This document shows positions 40,669 through 52,984 of a stretch of 64,000 nt of DNA, one piece after another. Each line of letters begins with the position of its first letter. Positions within the stretch are counted from its first letter, which is position 1. The notes beneath the pieces are model-generated. The model was not told the DNA's origin. It saw only the letters and a list, made by a program, of their open reading frames with translations, and did not search any database. This DNA is from Octopus vulgaris (Eukaryota): contig OX597815.1 of assembly GCA_951406725.2 (NCBI GenBank), forward strand, positions 128,340,001-128,404,000. The letters run 5' to 3'. A program made the translations under genes and the position numbers.

Positions 40669-40865
40669 CTAAGTAAAAATCATGATTAAGGAGATTAGAA
40701 AACAACGAAATCTAAAAGGTCATGTACATGTAATGTCTCATGCATGTTTTAGTAATTCACAATTTTTTCATGGCTTTTTAAAGACCCTTTAGAAACCAGT
40801 ATTCTTTCAGCCAATTTGACTATATAAACAAAACTCAAAATCTTTCACATTCTTTTCTTCAACAT

Positions 40866-41240
40866 AGGCGTAGGAGTGGCTGTGTGTTAAGTAGCTTGCT
40901 TACAAACCACATAGTTCCGGGTTCAGTCCCATTGTGTGGCACCTTGGGCAGGTGTCTTCTATTATAGCCTCGGGCCAACCAAAGCCTTGTGAGTGGATTT
41001 GGTAGATGGAAACTGAAAGAAGATCGTCGTATATGTGTGTGTGTATCTGTGTTTGTCACCCCAACATTGCTTGACAACCAATGTTGGTGTGTTTATGTCC
41101 CTGTAACTTAGCGGTTTGGCAGAAGTGACAGACAGAATAAATACTAAGCTTACAAAGAATATGCCCTGGGGTCGATTTGTGCGACTAAAGGCGGTGCTCC
41201 AACACGGCCACAGTCACATAACTGAAACAAGTGAAAGAGT
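40866..41240 (+). mobile_element. Family-A SINE
   Basis: Full head ggcgtaggagtggctgtg and tail. Confidence 0.9.
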
Positions 41241-41504
41241 AAACCTCAGTACTACAATTTCCTATTCATTTCAACTAGTTTAAATAACAAGACATATTGA
41301 AGATGAATGATAAGTTAATTCACTGCATCACATTTCCTGCTCATTACATAGGAATGTTATTTTATTTTCTATTTATGTCAGCAACGCTATCTACTTTCAT
41401 TACATAAGACACTCTAAAGGAACTTTAATTCAAGTAGATACATATAACACTATTTCTACAATTCTGAATTACATATTAGACTTTACAGACATATATATAT
41501 ATTC

Positions 41505-42090
41505 ATCATTGTCCATGCTGGCATGGGTTGGACGGTTTGACCATGGCTGATAAGCTGAGGGGCTGCCACAGTCTCCAGTCTGATTTGACATGGTTTCTAC
41601 GGATGGACACCCTAACACCAACCACTCTGAAAGTGTAATGGGTGCTTTTTGTGTGCCACCAGTGTGGGTGTCAGTTGTGTGACACCAGTATCTGCCACAA
41701 CTATGAGTTCATTTGGCTTGATGGGTCTTCTCAAGCACAGTATTTTGCCAAAGGTCTCAGTCACTAGTCATTGCCTCCACGAGGCCCAACATTTGAAGAT
41801 CATACTTCACCAACTCATCCCATGTGATCCTGGGTCTCCCTCTTCTACAGCTTACTTCCACTGCTAGAGATCGAGACACTTCTTCACACTGCTGTCCAAA
41901 TTCATACACGTCACATGACCATACCAACGCAGTCGTCTCTTATGCCCATCTCATATCTGATGCCTCTTATGCCCAACTTTTCCCTCAAGATGCTTACACT
42001 TTGTTGTACATGCACACTGACATTGCACATCCAGTGAAGCATACTAGCTTAATTTCTTTCAAGCTTAAGCATGTTCTCAGCTGTCACAGC
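41505..42090 (-). mobile_element. RTE-LINE 3' fragment including the ORF C-terminus
   Basis: Minus translation ...SCRRGRPRITWDELVKYDLQMLGL...DLWQ, followed by the shared 3' UTR and tail. Confidence 0.75.
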
Positions 42091-42674
42091 CGAGGGCACA
42101 CACACACACATATGTCATCATCATCATCATCATCATAACATCCACTTTTCTATGCTTACATGGGTTAGATAAAACTTGCTGAGGCAGATTTTCCATGGCC
42201 AAATGCTCTTTCTATCTCTAAGCAAGCTAATATTTCCTCAAGGCTAGATATGTTTACACAGAATATTAGCAATAAATGATATTGCTTATATGACAGTGTC
42301 ACTTATTTACATTTATCATTCCATCTCAACACAAGATGACAAAACATACATAAAGAGACACACATATACATATGTGCACACACACATACTCACACCCACC
42401 CAAATCATTTATGTAAATCTTGCTTATATTATTAATGTTGTTATTTTAAACTTGATACTTATCTCTGCATACAATTCTATCTAACTCAAACATGCTACTT
42501 CACCAACTTTTTGGAAGAACACCTCTTTAAACTATTTTGTATTAGTGTCATGAAGCTGACAAAGGCATTCACTTTTGGAAAGATAAAGAAAATAAAAGAG
42601 AACTAGTATAATCAATTTATTGTTATTATTTATGTACATCCTTATTTTCTTCAGAAGAAAAAAAGTCAAGAGCA

Positions 42675-43016
42675 TACATATTATATATATATATCTATAT
42701 ATATATATATATACACATACATATATACATATACACATACATATATACATATACACATATATATATATACATATATACATTCACATATATATATATATAT
42801 ATATACATATATATACATACATATATATATATATATATACATATATACATACATATATATATATATATATACATATATACATACACACATATATATATAT
42901 ATACATATATACATACACACATATATATATATACATATATACATACACACATATATATATATACATATATACATACACACATATATATATACATATATAC
43001 ATACACACATATATAC

Positions 43017-43061
<45 letters not shown>

Positions 43062-43076
43062 TACATACATATATAC

Positions 43077-43124
<48 letters not shown>
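42675..43124. repeat. (TA)n/(TACA)n compound microsatellite
   Basis: Direct observation. Confidence 0.95.
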
Positions 43125-43127
<3 letters not shown>

Positions 43128-43530
43128 CGCAGGAGTGGCTGTGTGGTAAGTAGCTTGTTTACCAACCACATGGTTCCGGGTTCAGTCCCACTGCGTGGCA
43201 TCTTGGGCAAGTGTCTTCTGCTATAGCCTCGGGCCGACCAAAGCCTTGTGAGTGGATTTGGTAAACGGAAACTGGAAGAAGCCTGTCGTATATATGTATA
43301 TATATATATGTGTGTGTGTATATGTTTGTGTGCCTGTGTTTGTCCCCCTAGCATTGCTTGACAACCGATGCTGGTGTGTTTACGCCCCCGTCACTTAGCG
43401 GTTCGGCAAAAGAGACTGATAGAATAAGTACTGGGCTTACAAAAGAATAAGTCCCGGGGTCGAGTTGCTCGATTAAAGGCAGTGCTCCAGCATGGCCGCA
43501 GTCAAAATGACTGAAACAAGTAAAAGAGAG
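43125..43530 (+). mobile_element. Family-A SINE, young CpG-rich copy
   Basis: Complete head ggcgcaggagtggctgtgtgg, B-box and tail. Confidence 0.92.
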
Positions 43531-43545
43531 TATACATATATACAT

Positions 43546-43773
43546 ATATACTTTATTTAAAAGAAGCAGAAAATATAACAAAAGATGTTACTCAGAGTTT
43601 CACGTTCCCGTTCACCGGACAGTCTGATGAACGGGAACGTGAAACTCTCAGTAACAGCTTTTGTTATATTTTCTGCTGCTTTTAAATAAAGCATATTACT
43701 CTACCTCTGGTATTGGAGTACTCTTTTTTCCACTTTGTTTCACATTTATGTGCTTACTCCAGTATATATATAT
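43546..43773. mobile_element. Penelope-like inverted pseudo-LTR remnant
   Basis: Inverted arms of ~70 bp (43546-43618 and 43624-43696) carry a hammerhead motif. AATAAA at 43685, (TA)n flanks. Confidence 0.65.
43622..43657 (+). ncRNA. Minimal type-I hammerhead ribozyme motif (mirror copy on minus strand 43622-43584)
   Basis: gt-CTGATGA-acg(ggaa)cgt-GAAAC-tctca-GTA-acag: intact core, stem II with a GNRA loop, predicted cleavage after 43653. Confidence 0.65.
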
Positions 43774-44328
43774 AAGCACGACCTTCGAACATTGGGTCTC
43801 ACCGAGGAAATGACCAGAGACCGAGACCTTTGGAAGTATGCTGTGTGTGGGAAGACCCGGCAGGACAAGTGAGAACATAACCTGTGGCCTCTACCTGGGA
43901 CGTAGCCAGCCCACTTATGCATACCTTTCCTTCTTGTGACACAAACCCTACTTGTGAAGACCTGTTGAGGCAAGTGAAAATCAAAATCGAAATCGATCAA
44001 CATCAATGGAAATTTTAGCTGTGATACCAGTGCCGATGGCACATAAGAGAACCATCCGAACATGGCCGTTGCCAGCGCCGCCCTGACTGGCCTCCATGCC
44101 GGTGGCATGTAAAATGCACCATCCGATTGTGGCCGTTGCCAGCCTCGTCTGGCACCTGTGCAGGTGGCACGTAAAAAGCACTCACTACACTCACCGAGTG
44201 GTTGGCGTTAGGAAGGGCATCCAGCTGTAGAAACATTGCCAGATCAGACTGGGCCTGGCTTCCCAGACCCCAGTTGAACTGTCCAACCCATGCTAGCATG
44301 GAAAACGGACGTTAAACGATGATGATGA
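43774..44328 (+). mobile_element. 5'-truncated RTE-clade LINE (ORF end, 3' UTR, (GAT)n tail)
   Basis: 43774-43872 reads KHDLRTLGLTEEMTRDRDLWKYAV...*, followed by tandem units and the shared tail. Confidence 0.8.
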
Positions 44329-44970
44329 TACACACTCCACCCATACATACACATTTGTACACATCATCACTGACAAGTAATCAATACGATATACAAATAA
44401 TTTGTGCACACATACAAACATTCAGCTTCATGTATTAAATTCTAATTCTTCCATTTGTAATACCAAATGTCTATGTGTGTATACATACACATATGTATAC
44501 CTACATAAATTTACATAACTGATGATAATTTACCAATACTAATTTATGAGCTACAAACAACAGATGGTGTCCTTTGTTTTGTTGGATTTTTGTAATTTCT
44601 GAATGTATGACATTAATGCTGAGTTGGCAGAACTATGAAACCATGGACCAATTGCCATGCTGTTGTTACAATTCCCTACTTAATTCTGAGTTCAAATGTT
44701 GCTGGGAACAACATTGCTTTTTGACAATCTATAATAATAATAATGAAATTATTGTATACAGTGCTCAGGTGTACCACAACCTACAATCTATAAAGTAAGA
44801 ACCAATAACACTGTACTAAGCATGACTAAATCAAATATATCCCTCTCTTTTAAATACTAATCTTGTGCATAGACAAAATAAATCATTTGCTTTTCTTCCA
44901 CTACTTTGAGTGTGTGCATGAATGCATGTGAGTGAGCATGCATGTGTGTGTATGTGATCAGACATACTTT

Positions 44971-45205
44971 AAGGAGGCGAGCTGGCAGAAACGTTAGCAC
45001 GCTGGGCGAAATGCTTAGCGGTATTTCATCTGCTGTTACAGTCTGAGTTCAAATTCCGCCGAGGTCGACTTTACCTTTCATCCTTTCGGGGTCGATAAAT
45101 TAAGTAACAGTTATGCGCTGGGGTCGATGTAATCGACTTAATCCCTTTGTCTGTCCTTGTTTGTCCCATCTGTGTTTAGTCCCTTGTGGGCAATAAAGAA
45201 ACAAG
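44971..45205 (+). mobile_element. Family-B tRNA-SINE (Meta-domain-like), young copy
   Basis: A-box agctggcagaa, B-box gagttcaaattcc, and cctttcatcctttcggggtcgataaattaagt central block. Confidence 0.85.
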
Positions 45206-46108
45206 ACATGCATGCATGAATGATTACATTTCAGTTAGCTTTTTTCTCCCTTTTTCTACTGTTACCACCTCAACTAGCACTTGTCCCAATTTCTTTCATT
45301 TCTCTCTCTTTCTACCTATCTAACATACCTGCCATTTGCTGTCATCTCCATGATTACAATAACAACAGACAACTGAAGTTTCCAGTGTTCACTAACGAAA
45401 CTTGTAGGATTTCCCTGAGTACTTTTAGAATTTCTAAATTTAACTACTTGTTGTTTTCCATACACATCAATTTTATTCACCATGTGCAATTAAAATCACT
45501 GTTACCCTCTCATAAATTATTAATATACTCACGATGAATGATTAAGTCTATCAATGTAGCATGGAAAGAGGATGTAACAGAATATGTGTATTTGTACAGC
45601 AGGCAGAGTCTAGTTGTTTATGAAATTAGCAATATGTACTAATTACATAATTAGTAATGCATAATTAGTACTTTACTATTAGTATTTTAAGATTTTTCTT
45701 TGTCATAGCAGGACAAATAATGAGCATGTATGAGTGTATGTATGTGGGTATGTGTGTGTGTGTGTGTGTGTGTATAAGAATATGTGTGTGTACACAATGA
45801 AAATATATGTGCATGCATATTATGCACACACACACACATTTGGATATTTAGGTGTGTGTGTATGTGTTTTTATATATATATGTATGCATACATATATAAA
45901 TTATATATGTATGTCTATTTAAGTACTTTCCTGAACAGAAGTGCATCATTCAAGCACTGATGGAGCTTTGTGAATAAGAGTGACACTTGATCGTGGTTGC
46001 AATGTATTTATACCTGACCTCCTGACATAGATGTAAGCTAACAAATGTAATTATGTCACACAATACAATTAGTTTATATGTAAGTCAATGATATAAGTAA
46101 TAACATAC

Positions 46109-46230
46109 CTCGTTTGATGCCAGTGTATGAATTTAGTCGATTATCAACCAAGAACACCAATCCACACAAGTTGTTTGAATATAACGACATAGCAGTCTGC
46201 AAACGCTGCGGTTCAGGAATGATCACACCA
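46109..46230 (-). CDS. FERRY3: FERRY3 exon: [40 protein letters not shown]
   Basis: actttcag| acceptor and G|gtatgt donor. Confidence 0.94.
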
Positions 46231-46364
46231 CTGAAAGTAAAATCCAGACAATAAATAACTAATTGCAACACAACTTCATTTTATCTTCGCATCAAACCTG
46301 CAACACTAATTCAGTAACAAACTATTGCTTGACTCTTTCACATTTATATTACTCTAAATCAAAT

Positions 46365-46860
46365 CAAACCAAATCAAAATAGATGAATATCAATGGAATT
46401 TGTATCCTTGTGGTACCAGTGCCGGTGGCACATAAGAAAACCATCCGAACGTGACCGTAGGCAGTACTGCATCGACTGGCCTCCGTGCTGTGGGCACGTA
46501 ACAAATACCATCCGAGCGTGGTCGTTCGCCAGCCTCGTCTGGCACCTGTGTTGGTGACACATAAGAAAACACCATCCGAGCGTGGCCGTCTGCCAGCCTC
46601 GTCTGGCACCTGTGTCGGTGGCACATAAAAAACACCATCCGAGCGTGGCCGTCTGCCAGCCTCGTCTGGCACCTGTGTCGGTGGCACATAAAATCACCCA
46701 CTACACTCTCGGAGTGGTTGGCGTTAGGAAGGGCATCCAGCTGTAGAAACACTGCCAGATCTGACTGGCCTGGTGCAGCCTTCGGGCTTGCCAGACCCCA
46801 GTTGAACCGTCCAACCCATGCTAGCATGGAAAGCGGACGTTAAACGATGATGATGATGAT
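46365..46860 (+). mobile_element. RTE-LINE 3' end with tandem units
   Basis: Near-identical inverted counterpart of 9555-10010. Confidence 0.85.
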
Positions 46861-47089
46861 GTCAAATGTGATGCTTATTTATTCACATTGTTTTGAATTA
46901 TTCATGCATTACCATGTAGCTTTTTGATGACAGGATAATCTATTTTTAAAATGACTCTGTAAGGTAGGTGAGAGAAGACAGACCTGGTCAGTTTTAACAT
47001 AAAGCAGGGAGAATGTTTTAGCCAGGCACAGCTGGTATAAATGTAAAGGGTTAACATTGTCTCTTAGTGAAATTAAAAAACCAAGGTAT

Positions 47090-47310
47090 CTAACCCTTTT
47101 TCATACCACCCAACCTGAGACTGCCATTGGTTCAATGATATGAACTTTTTTGATTTAAAATGATCCAAGTTAACTCCTTCTTTCAAAATTTTATGCAAAT
47201 TTAAGTTCTAAAAATCAGTTTAAAATGAGAAAGTTATTTTACTAAATTTTTCTACATTAATTGAAACAAAGACAGTTCTTTCAACAGAAAAATGGTAACA
47301 AAAAAGTTAA
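47090..47310. mobile_element. TTAA-type (piggyBac-like) MITE, second family
   Basis: taaccctttt...aaaaaagttaa termini. Related to 63730-63917 (inverted) and to the split copy at 31380-31490 plus 32765-32884. Confidence 0.55.
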
Positions 47311-48269
47311 ACTGCTGAAAGCACAAGTATTAAGCTATCATTTATTTTACTTCTAGATTTAAGTATTAAATCAATTTTCAATTATTCGTTATTTATTTTG
47401 TAAATATTGGTTTTATTACAGTTAGTTATAAGAATGTTGGACATGGAATGAAGAAGATAGACTAGATTTGGTGATGGTGGCTGGAATGAGATGTACATTG
47501 AACAGATTTTGGGAGGTGGTGTGAGAAGGGGAACACTACTGAACTGAAATAAAAGCCATATTCTGCAAGTGTGAGTAGTGTTGACCTATAAAGGTGAGAC
47601 ATTGGTAATGAATATGAAGCAGCAGAGAAGGCTGGTAAGAACTGAAATAAGAATGGTTTGGTGGATGAGTGGAGTATCACTGAAAGAGAGGAAGGCAAAT
47701 AATGGAAAACAGAGAATGATGCAAACTGAGCCAGTAACAGATGAAGAGAAAAAAAAATGGGATGAAATGGTTAAGTCATGTGCTGAGGAAAGATGAATGT
47801 GAATGAGTGAGAAAAGAGAGGAAACAAATATGGAAGGAAGTAGAGGATGGAAAAGACTTAGAAAGACATGAGTAAAGATAATGTGAGAGGAAACGAGAAC
47901 AAGGTTTTGGTGAGGGATCTAGACATCTAAAGCCCCCCGTTTTATCCAGGAAAAATAATTTTTAAATGTTTGTTGTTGTTGTATCTAGTGTCAGAGCTGG
48001 CTATGTTGATAAGCTGATACTGATCAACCATAAAAAAGATCCCATCCAAGTCATATGTCTTTGAGCAAAGTGCTTTTAATTTTTCCTCAGTTCATTCCAT
48101 CTAGCTGAAAATGATTTCTATTTTTGACACAAGGCCAGAAATTTTGAAGGTGAGGGAGTTAGTCAATACCAATGACCCCAGTACTTGACTGGTACTTTAT
48201 TGTACTGACTCCAGAGGGATGAAAGGCAAATTTGACTTCAGTAGGTGTTGAACTCAGAACATACAAGTG

Positions 48270-49250
48270 TTTCAGGACAATTACCTGCCTAGAACAATTC
48301 CTCCTGACAATAACTACACCCTAGGACAATTACCCCCTTAGTTAATTACCCACTCTCCAATATATTAAAAAGTTTTAATTCATCATCTAAAAGTGCAAAT
48401 TATATGCGATTCCTTGCAAATATTGTATCACATTTATGTTTTCTTAATTGCTAACTACAGCATTAATACGGGGTGAAACATCTAAATATTTCTTTCTCGA
48501 TGGCTGTTTAGTAAAACCTGTCAAGAATTGAGTCATAAGTATTTGTTGTAATGCTTGCTCTCTTATGATATATTTTTAAAACTTCCAAATGATTGGGTGG
48601 TAACAACCAGCACTTGATAAAAAAAACTCCTGTGCTGCCCTTCCACAGCCTTGTTTGTTCTTGGAAGTTCATCCGATGTTCTGTTGTACATATTCCATAG
48701 ATCCATTCCAAACACTGGTTCTCGCTGTCTTCCTCTTCAACATGGTTATCCTAAGTATTATTCTCCAAGTTATCTTGCAAAGGATGTTTCTGGTGGGAGT
48801 ATTTCACATAGGGTTTCAAAAGTTTTTTCAACATCACAAGTAGGAACAAAAGCTAAATCAGCTATCATTCTCATAGAGGTTGAAAACTCTTTTTCGTCTT
48901 GGTATCGCTGTTGAAATCTATGAAATTGAATGTTCTTATAGATGCTTTGGCTAAAGTGAAAATAACAATCATTTATCTTGGCTTGTGGAAATGCCAAATG
49001 TAAACTATTAATCATGGCCTTTTCAAAATCTACCATGATAGTTTTGGGTGCTAAATCTTGTTTCAATGAGTTTAGTGGCTCCAGAAAATTTGTGTAAGTA
49101 GTTTTGGCTTTTATCAGGTAACAGAGTGTAAATTAATGGCACTGGTAAAAAATAGTGGCTTATACACTGGAAAATATGGTACACATCGAGGGTTAATTGC
49201 TTAGGGGTAATTGTCCTTGTGTGTGTGGGGGGGAATGTAAATGTCCTTGA
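48270..49250 (-). mobile_element. Mutator/MULE DNA transposon remnant
   Basis: PLIYTLLPDKS...TIMVDFEKAMINS...FPQAKINDCYFHFSQSIY (DFE and CxFH motifs), with inverted subterminal GGACAATTACC repeats at both ends. Confidence 0.85.
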
Positions 49251-51414
49251 CTCAGAAGAAATACTACAAATCATTTTTTCTGATGCTCTATTTTCTGATG
49301 CCAGCACACCATTCTATGGATGATCCATAAGTCTTCTGTTATTTTGCAAAGCTGAGTTCAAATATCTACAAAGAGATTAACTGAAAGAGGTTTCAGTACC
49401 ACCATGCCAATTTGATCTATAAAATTTCACATGGTTTCCTAAGCATCAAATCACCAATTTTGTTTACTGACCAGACAAACATGTTAACCAATACAGATCA
49501 AGAAAGCCATATCAGTATTTGAATTTGTCACTCACTCACTCACTCACACACACACACTCATGGCTGTATGTATGCAAATATAAATCTATACTGATATCCC
49601 AATCAACTGTTTACCAGAGGTTTATATCACCCTGATCCAACAAACAAGTAAAAGTCAGTCAAACACTACACTGATATATCTACTCAGTCTTTTAACTTTT
49701 AGTTTATTGAATGAATGAATGAAATAAGAAAGGAAGGAATGAAGGAATATGCTCAGCCTCATGGGTGAATGCTTGGGGGCCTCAGGCACAACTACCACTC
49801 CTTGTCACATATTGTGGTCACAAACACTCTGCCAGGGCCCTCCCCATTCAGTTCTTCATATCACCACTCCATTTTCATCTCTGTCATTTGCAAGCCTGTT
49901 TTCCATCCACCAGCCATTGAGGATGTAGGCACAAAGATTCTGGATCTTCATAATGAGACCAAAATATTGCAATTTTTACTATCTGACCATCATCACTAAC
50001 TTTTCTTCTGCACCCAATTTCTCCAGAGTTAAAGCTTTCGTTTGACAGGTTACCCAACTGATTTGCAGTGTTCGACAGTAACACATCATAGTTTATTAGG
50101 GAGCTTAAATGTAATATTTATACAGAATATGTTGGTACAGTTGACTCACATAGTCACCAACATCACTAAATATAACATAATTCACAGGAGACCAGCGTAT
50201 GCAACACCATTTAGTGCTACATACATTACCAAGTGAAGTTATTAATACTCAAATGAGTTTTAAAATTATTGTCTCAGAAATTCCACATTATTTCACAAAT
50301 GAGATTTTAAACAGTTTGAGTGGAAACAAAGTTCCCCCTAAACTGAACAGCTGTATATGTGATCATATTATAGAAGCAGCATATAAAGAAAATTAAACTA
50401 TAGAACTATAGAAGTATTACAAAAACTTGTTTAAAACAGGTACACAGCTTGTAAACCACATGCATTACCAAGTTAGCTAATGTTTCTACATAGTAAGGCA
50501 GTGAGCTGGCAGAAATGTTAGCACACTGGGCAAAATGCTTAGCGATATTTCATCTGACTTTACATTATGAGTTCAAATTACGCCAAGGTTGACTTTGCCT
50601 TTCAGGGTTGATAAATTAAGTACCAGGTCTGTACTGGGATCAATCTAATTGACTGGCTCCCTCCCCCAAAATTTCGGGCCTTGTGCCTAGAGTAGTAAAG
50701 AATATTTCTACATAGTTAGATTTTTTTTGCAGGATATTGGAAACAAATGACATTGCTTGTATGACAGTGGTGCTCTCGACTATCACATGATGCCAACACA
50801 CACACACGCGCACACACACACACACACACACACAACAGTTTCTGTTTTCAAAATCTACTCACAAGGCTTTTGTCAGTCTGAAACTATAGAAGAAGACATT
50901 TGCTTTGCCCAAAGAGCCATGTGGTGGGACTGAACCTAAAACCATATGGTGGGAAGCAAACTTCTTAACCAGAGCGATGCCTGCATCTTATGTTCTCCAT
51001 ATGATGCATGAGTATGTATTAACAAAATTTAAACCTTTTAGTAATTATAATGTATCATTGAAAATTCTCTTGATATTTACAAGTCTGCATGCTCTATAAT
51101 AATAATAAAAAAAAAAAAAAAAAAAGAGTCTGAAACATTTCTGAACACAAAGACCATTAAAATTAAAGTGATCATTAGATGGGACTGTAATCATTATTGA
51201 AAAGTCTAAATTAGACATTTACACTCACCCACCAAACCATTCTTATTTCTGTTCTTTTCACAATTATAATAGCCTCTATTCCTTGAAGATGGATGGGTGC
51301 AGGACAGTTTTGTTCAGATATTCCCATGCCACTTGCTTCTCTTCCTCACATCATTTTCTCATGTTCAACTTCATTTCTCCTCCAGGCCTTGTACTAATCA
51401 CTGTCTCCAGTTTA

Positions 51415-51795
51415 TAGGCGTAAGAGTGACTGTGCGGTAAGTAGCTTGCTTATGAACCACATGGTTCCGGGTTCAGTCCCACTGCATGGCACCTTGGGCA
51501 AGTGTCTTCTACTATAGCCTCGGGCCAACCAAAACCTTGTGAGTGTATTTGGTAGATGGAAACTGAAAGAAGCCTGTCGTATATATATATGTATGTGTGT
51601 GTCTGTCCCCCCCAACATCGCTTGACAACCAATGCTGGTGTGTTTATGTCCCCGTAACTTAGCAGTTCGGTAAAAGAGACTGATAGAATAAGTACTAGGC
51701 TTACAAAGAATAAGTCCTGGGGTCGATTTGCTCAATCGACTAAAGGCGGTGCTCCAGCATGGCCACAGTCACATGATTGAAACAAGTAAAAGAGT
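51415..51795 (+). mobile_element. Family-A SINE
   Basis: Matches the other copies. Confidence 0.9.
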
Positions 51796-52521
51796 AAAAA
51801 AAAAAGTAAAAAGTTCTTCATTCCCAGATCATTAGAATTCTCTCCCTGCTCATCATGTCTTTCCCACAGGTATTGACCTTCAAAGGTTCAAGACAAACAT
51901 TTATGAAACAAATTTCACCAGGTTAGGAGGGCCAGCAAAAGCCCTTTTTCTAGACTGAACAATTAAAACAAAACAAAAAAGAATACCATTCACAGTCATC
52001 TACATTTTGTTCAGTCTTGATTATCCCAACAAACTAAAGGCAGCATCCTTTCCTAGTTACACAAACATGTCATTTGATACAATATTGCAAAACCAGCAAA
52101 CAGTAATAAAATATTTTATTTTAAGAAAAAAAAATTTGTCTATGGAACACAAGAAATAGGACAGTGATTTCATAAGGAAATAAAATAACAGTTGCTTATA
52201 AGAAGGCTCAATGTAGCTTCCATACATAGGGTATTTTTGGTAGAAGTCAAATGGGTACTGCTTTCAGTTGGCATTCAAAAATGATTGATGAAGTAAACAT
52301 AGTTAAGATAATATGATACATATGACATATACTTTGACATTTGTTGTAGGAAATCCTGAAGGTCAGTAGCACAAAATGCGCCAGAATGTGCAATGTTAGC
52401 ATACAAGGAAGAAAAACAAAGCAAAAAACAATTCTGTGAGTGTATATATATATATGTGTGTGTGTGTGTGGTGTACACATATGTTTTATATATGAATAAA
52501 TAAACATAAATAAGACACATA

Positions 52522-52643
52522 TACCTATGTCTGCACATATACACATGCATATGCACACATATATGCACATACATACACATGTACCTATGTCTGCACATAT
52601 ACACATGCATACGCACACATATATGCACATACATACACATGTA
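52522..52643. repeat. 60-bp tandem duplication (x2)
   Basis: tacctatgtctgcacatatacacatgcat... repeated with 1-2 differences. Confidence 0.9.
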
Positions 52644-52984
52644 GACAATACAGGTTTTACATGTATGTATATGTATATACACATCATCATTTTAACATCC
52701 ACTTCTCCATGCTTCTAAAGGTTAGACAAAATATGTTGAAGCAGATTTTCTATGGCTTGACGCCCTTTCTGTCATTAAGCTTCACCCGTTTCCAAGTAAG
52801 GTGATATTGCCCCATGGCCTGATGGAAAGTTGAAAACAAAGGACACTGCTTGCATGATGGTGATGCCCATTTACAACTATCACACAATGTCAAGGCAAGA
52901 AGACTGTAACACACAAGCACACACCTGTACAGACATATGTATATATATATGTATGTATGTTTGTGCATACATGCAACATATATA

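Noticed and set aside
43125-43200. tRNA-like A/B boxes as tRNA genes (also 44971-45060)
   Set aside because: They run directly into SINE bodies, are multi-copy and divergent, and I could not fold a full cloverleaf.
42532-43354. Y/I/H-rich ORFs
   Set aside because: They are microsatellite plus SINE translations.
52333-52385. Coding-looking stretch GAFCATDLQDFLQQMSK / possible micro-exon in the FERRY3 intron
   Set aside because: The donor is weak (gtatat), the 23-nt length would frameshift, and the flanking exons already join in phase.
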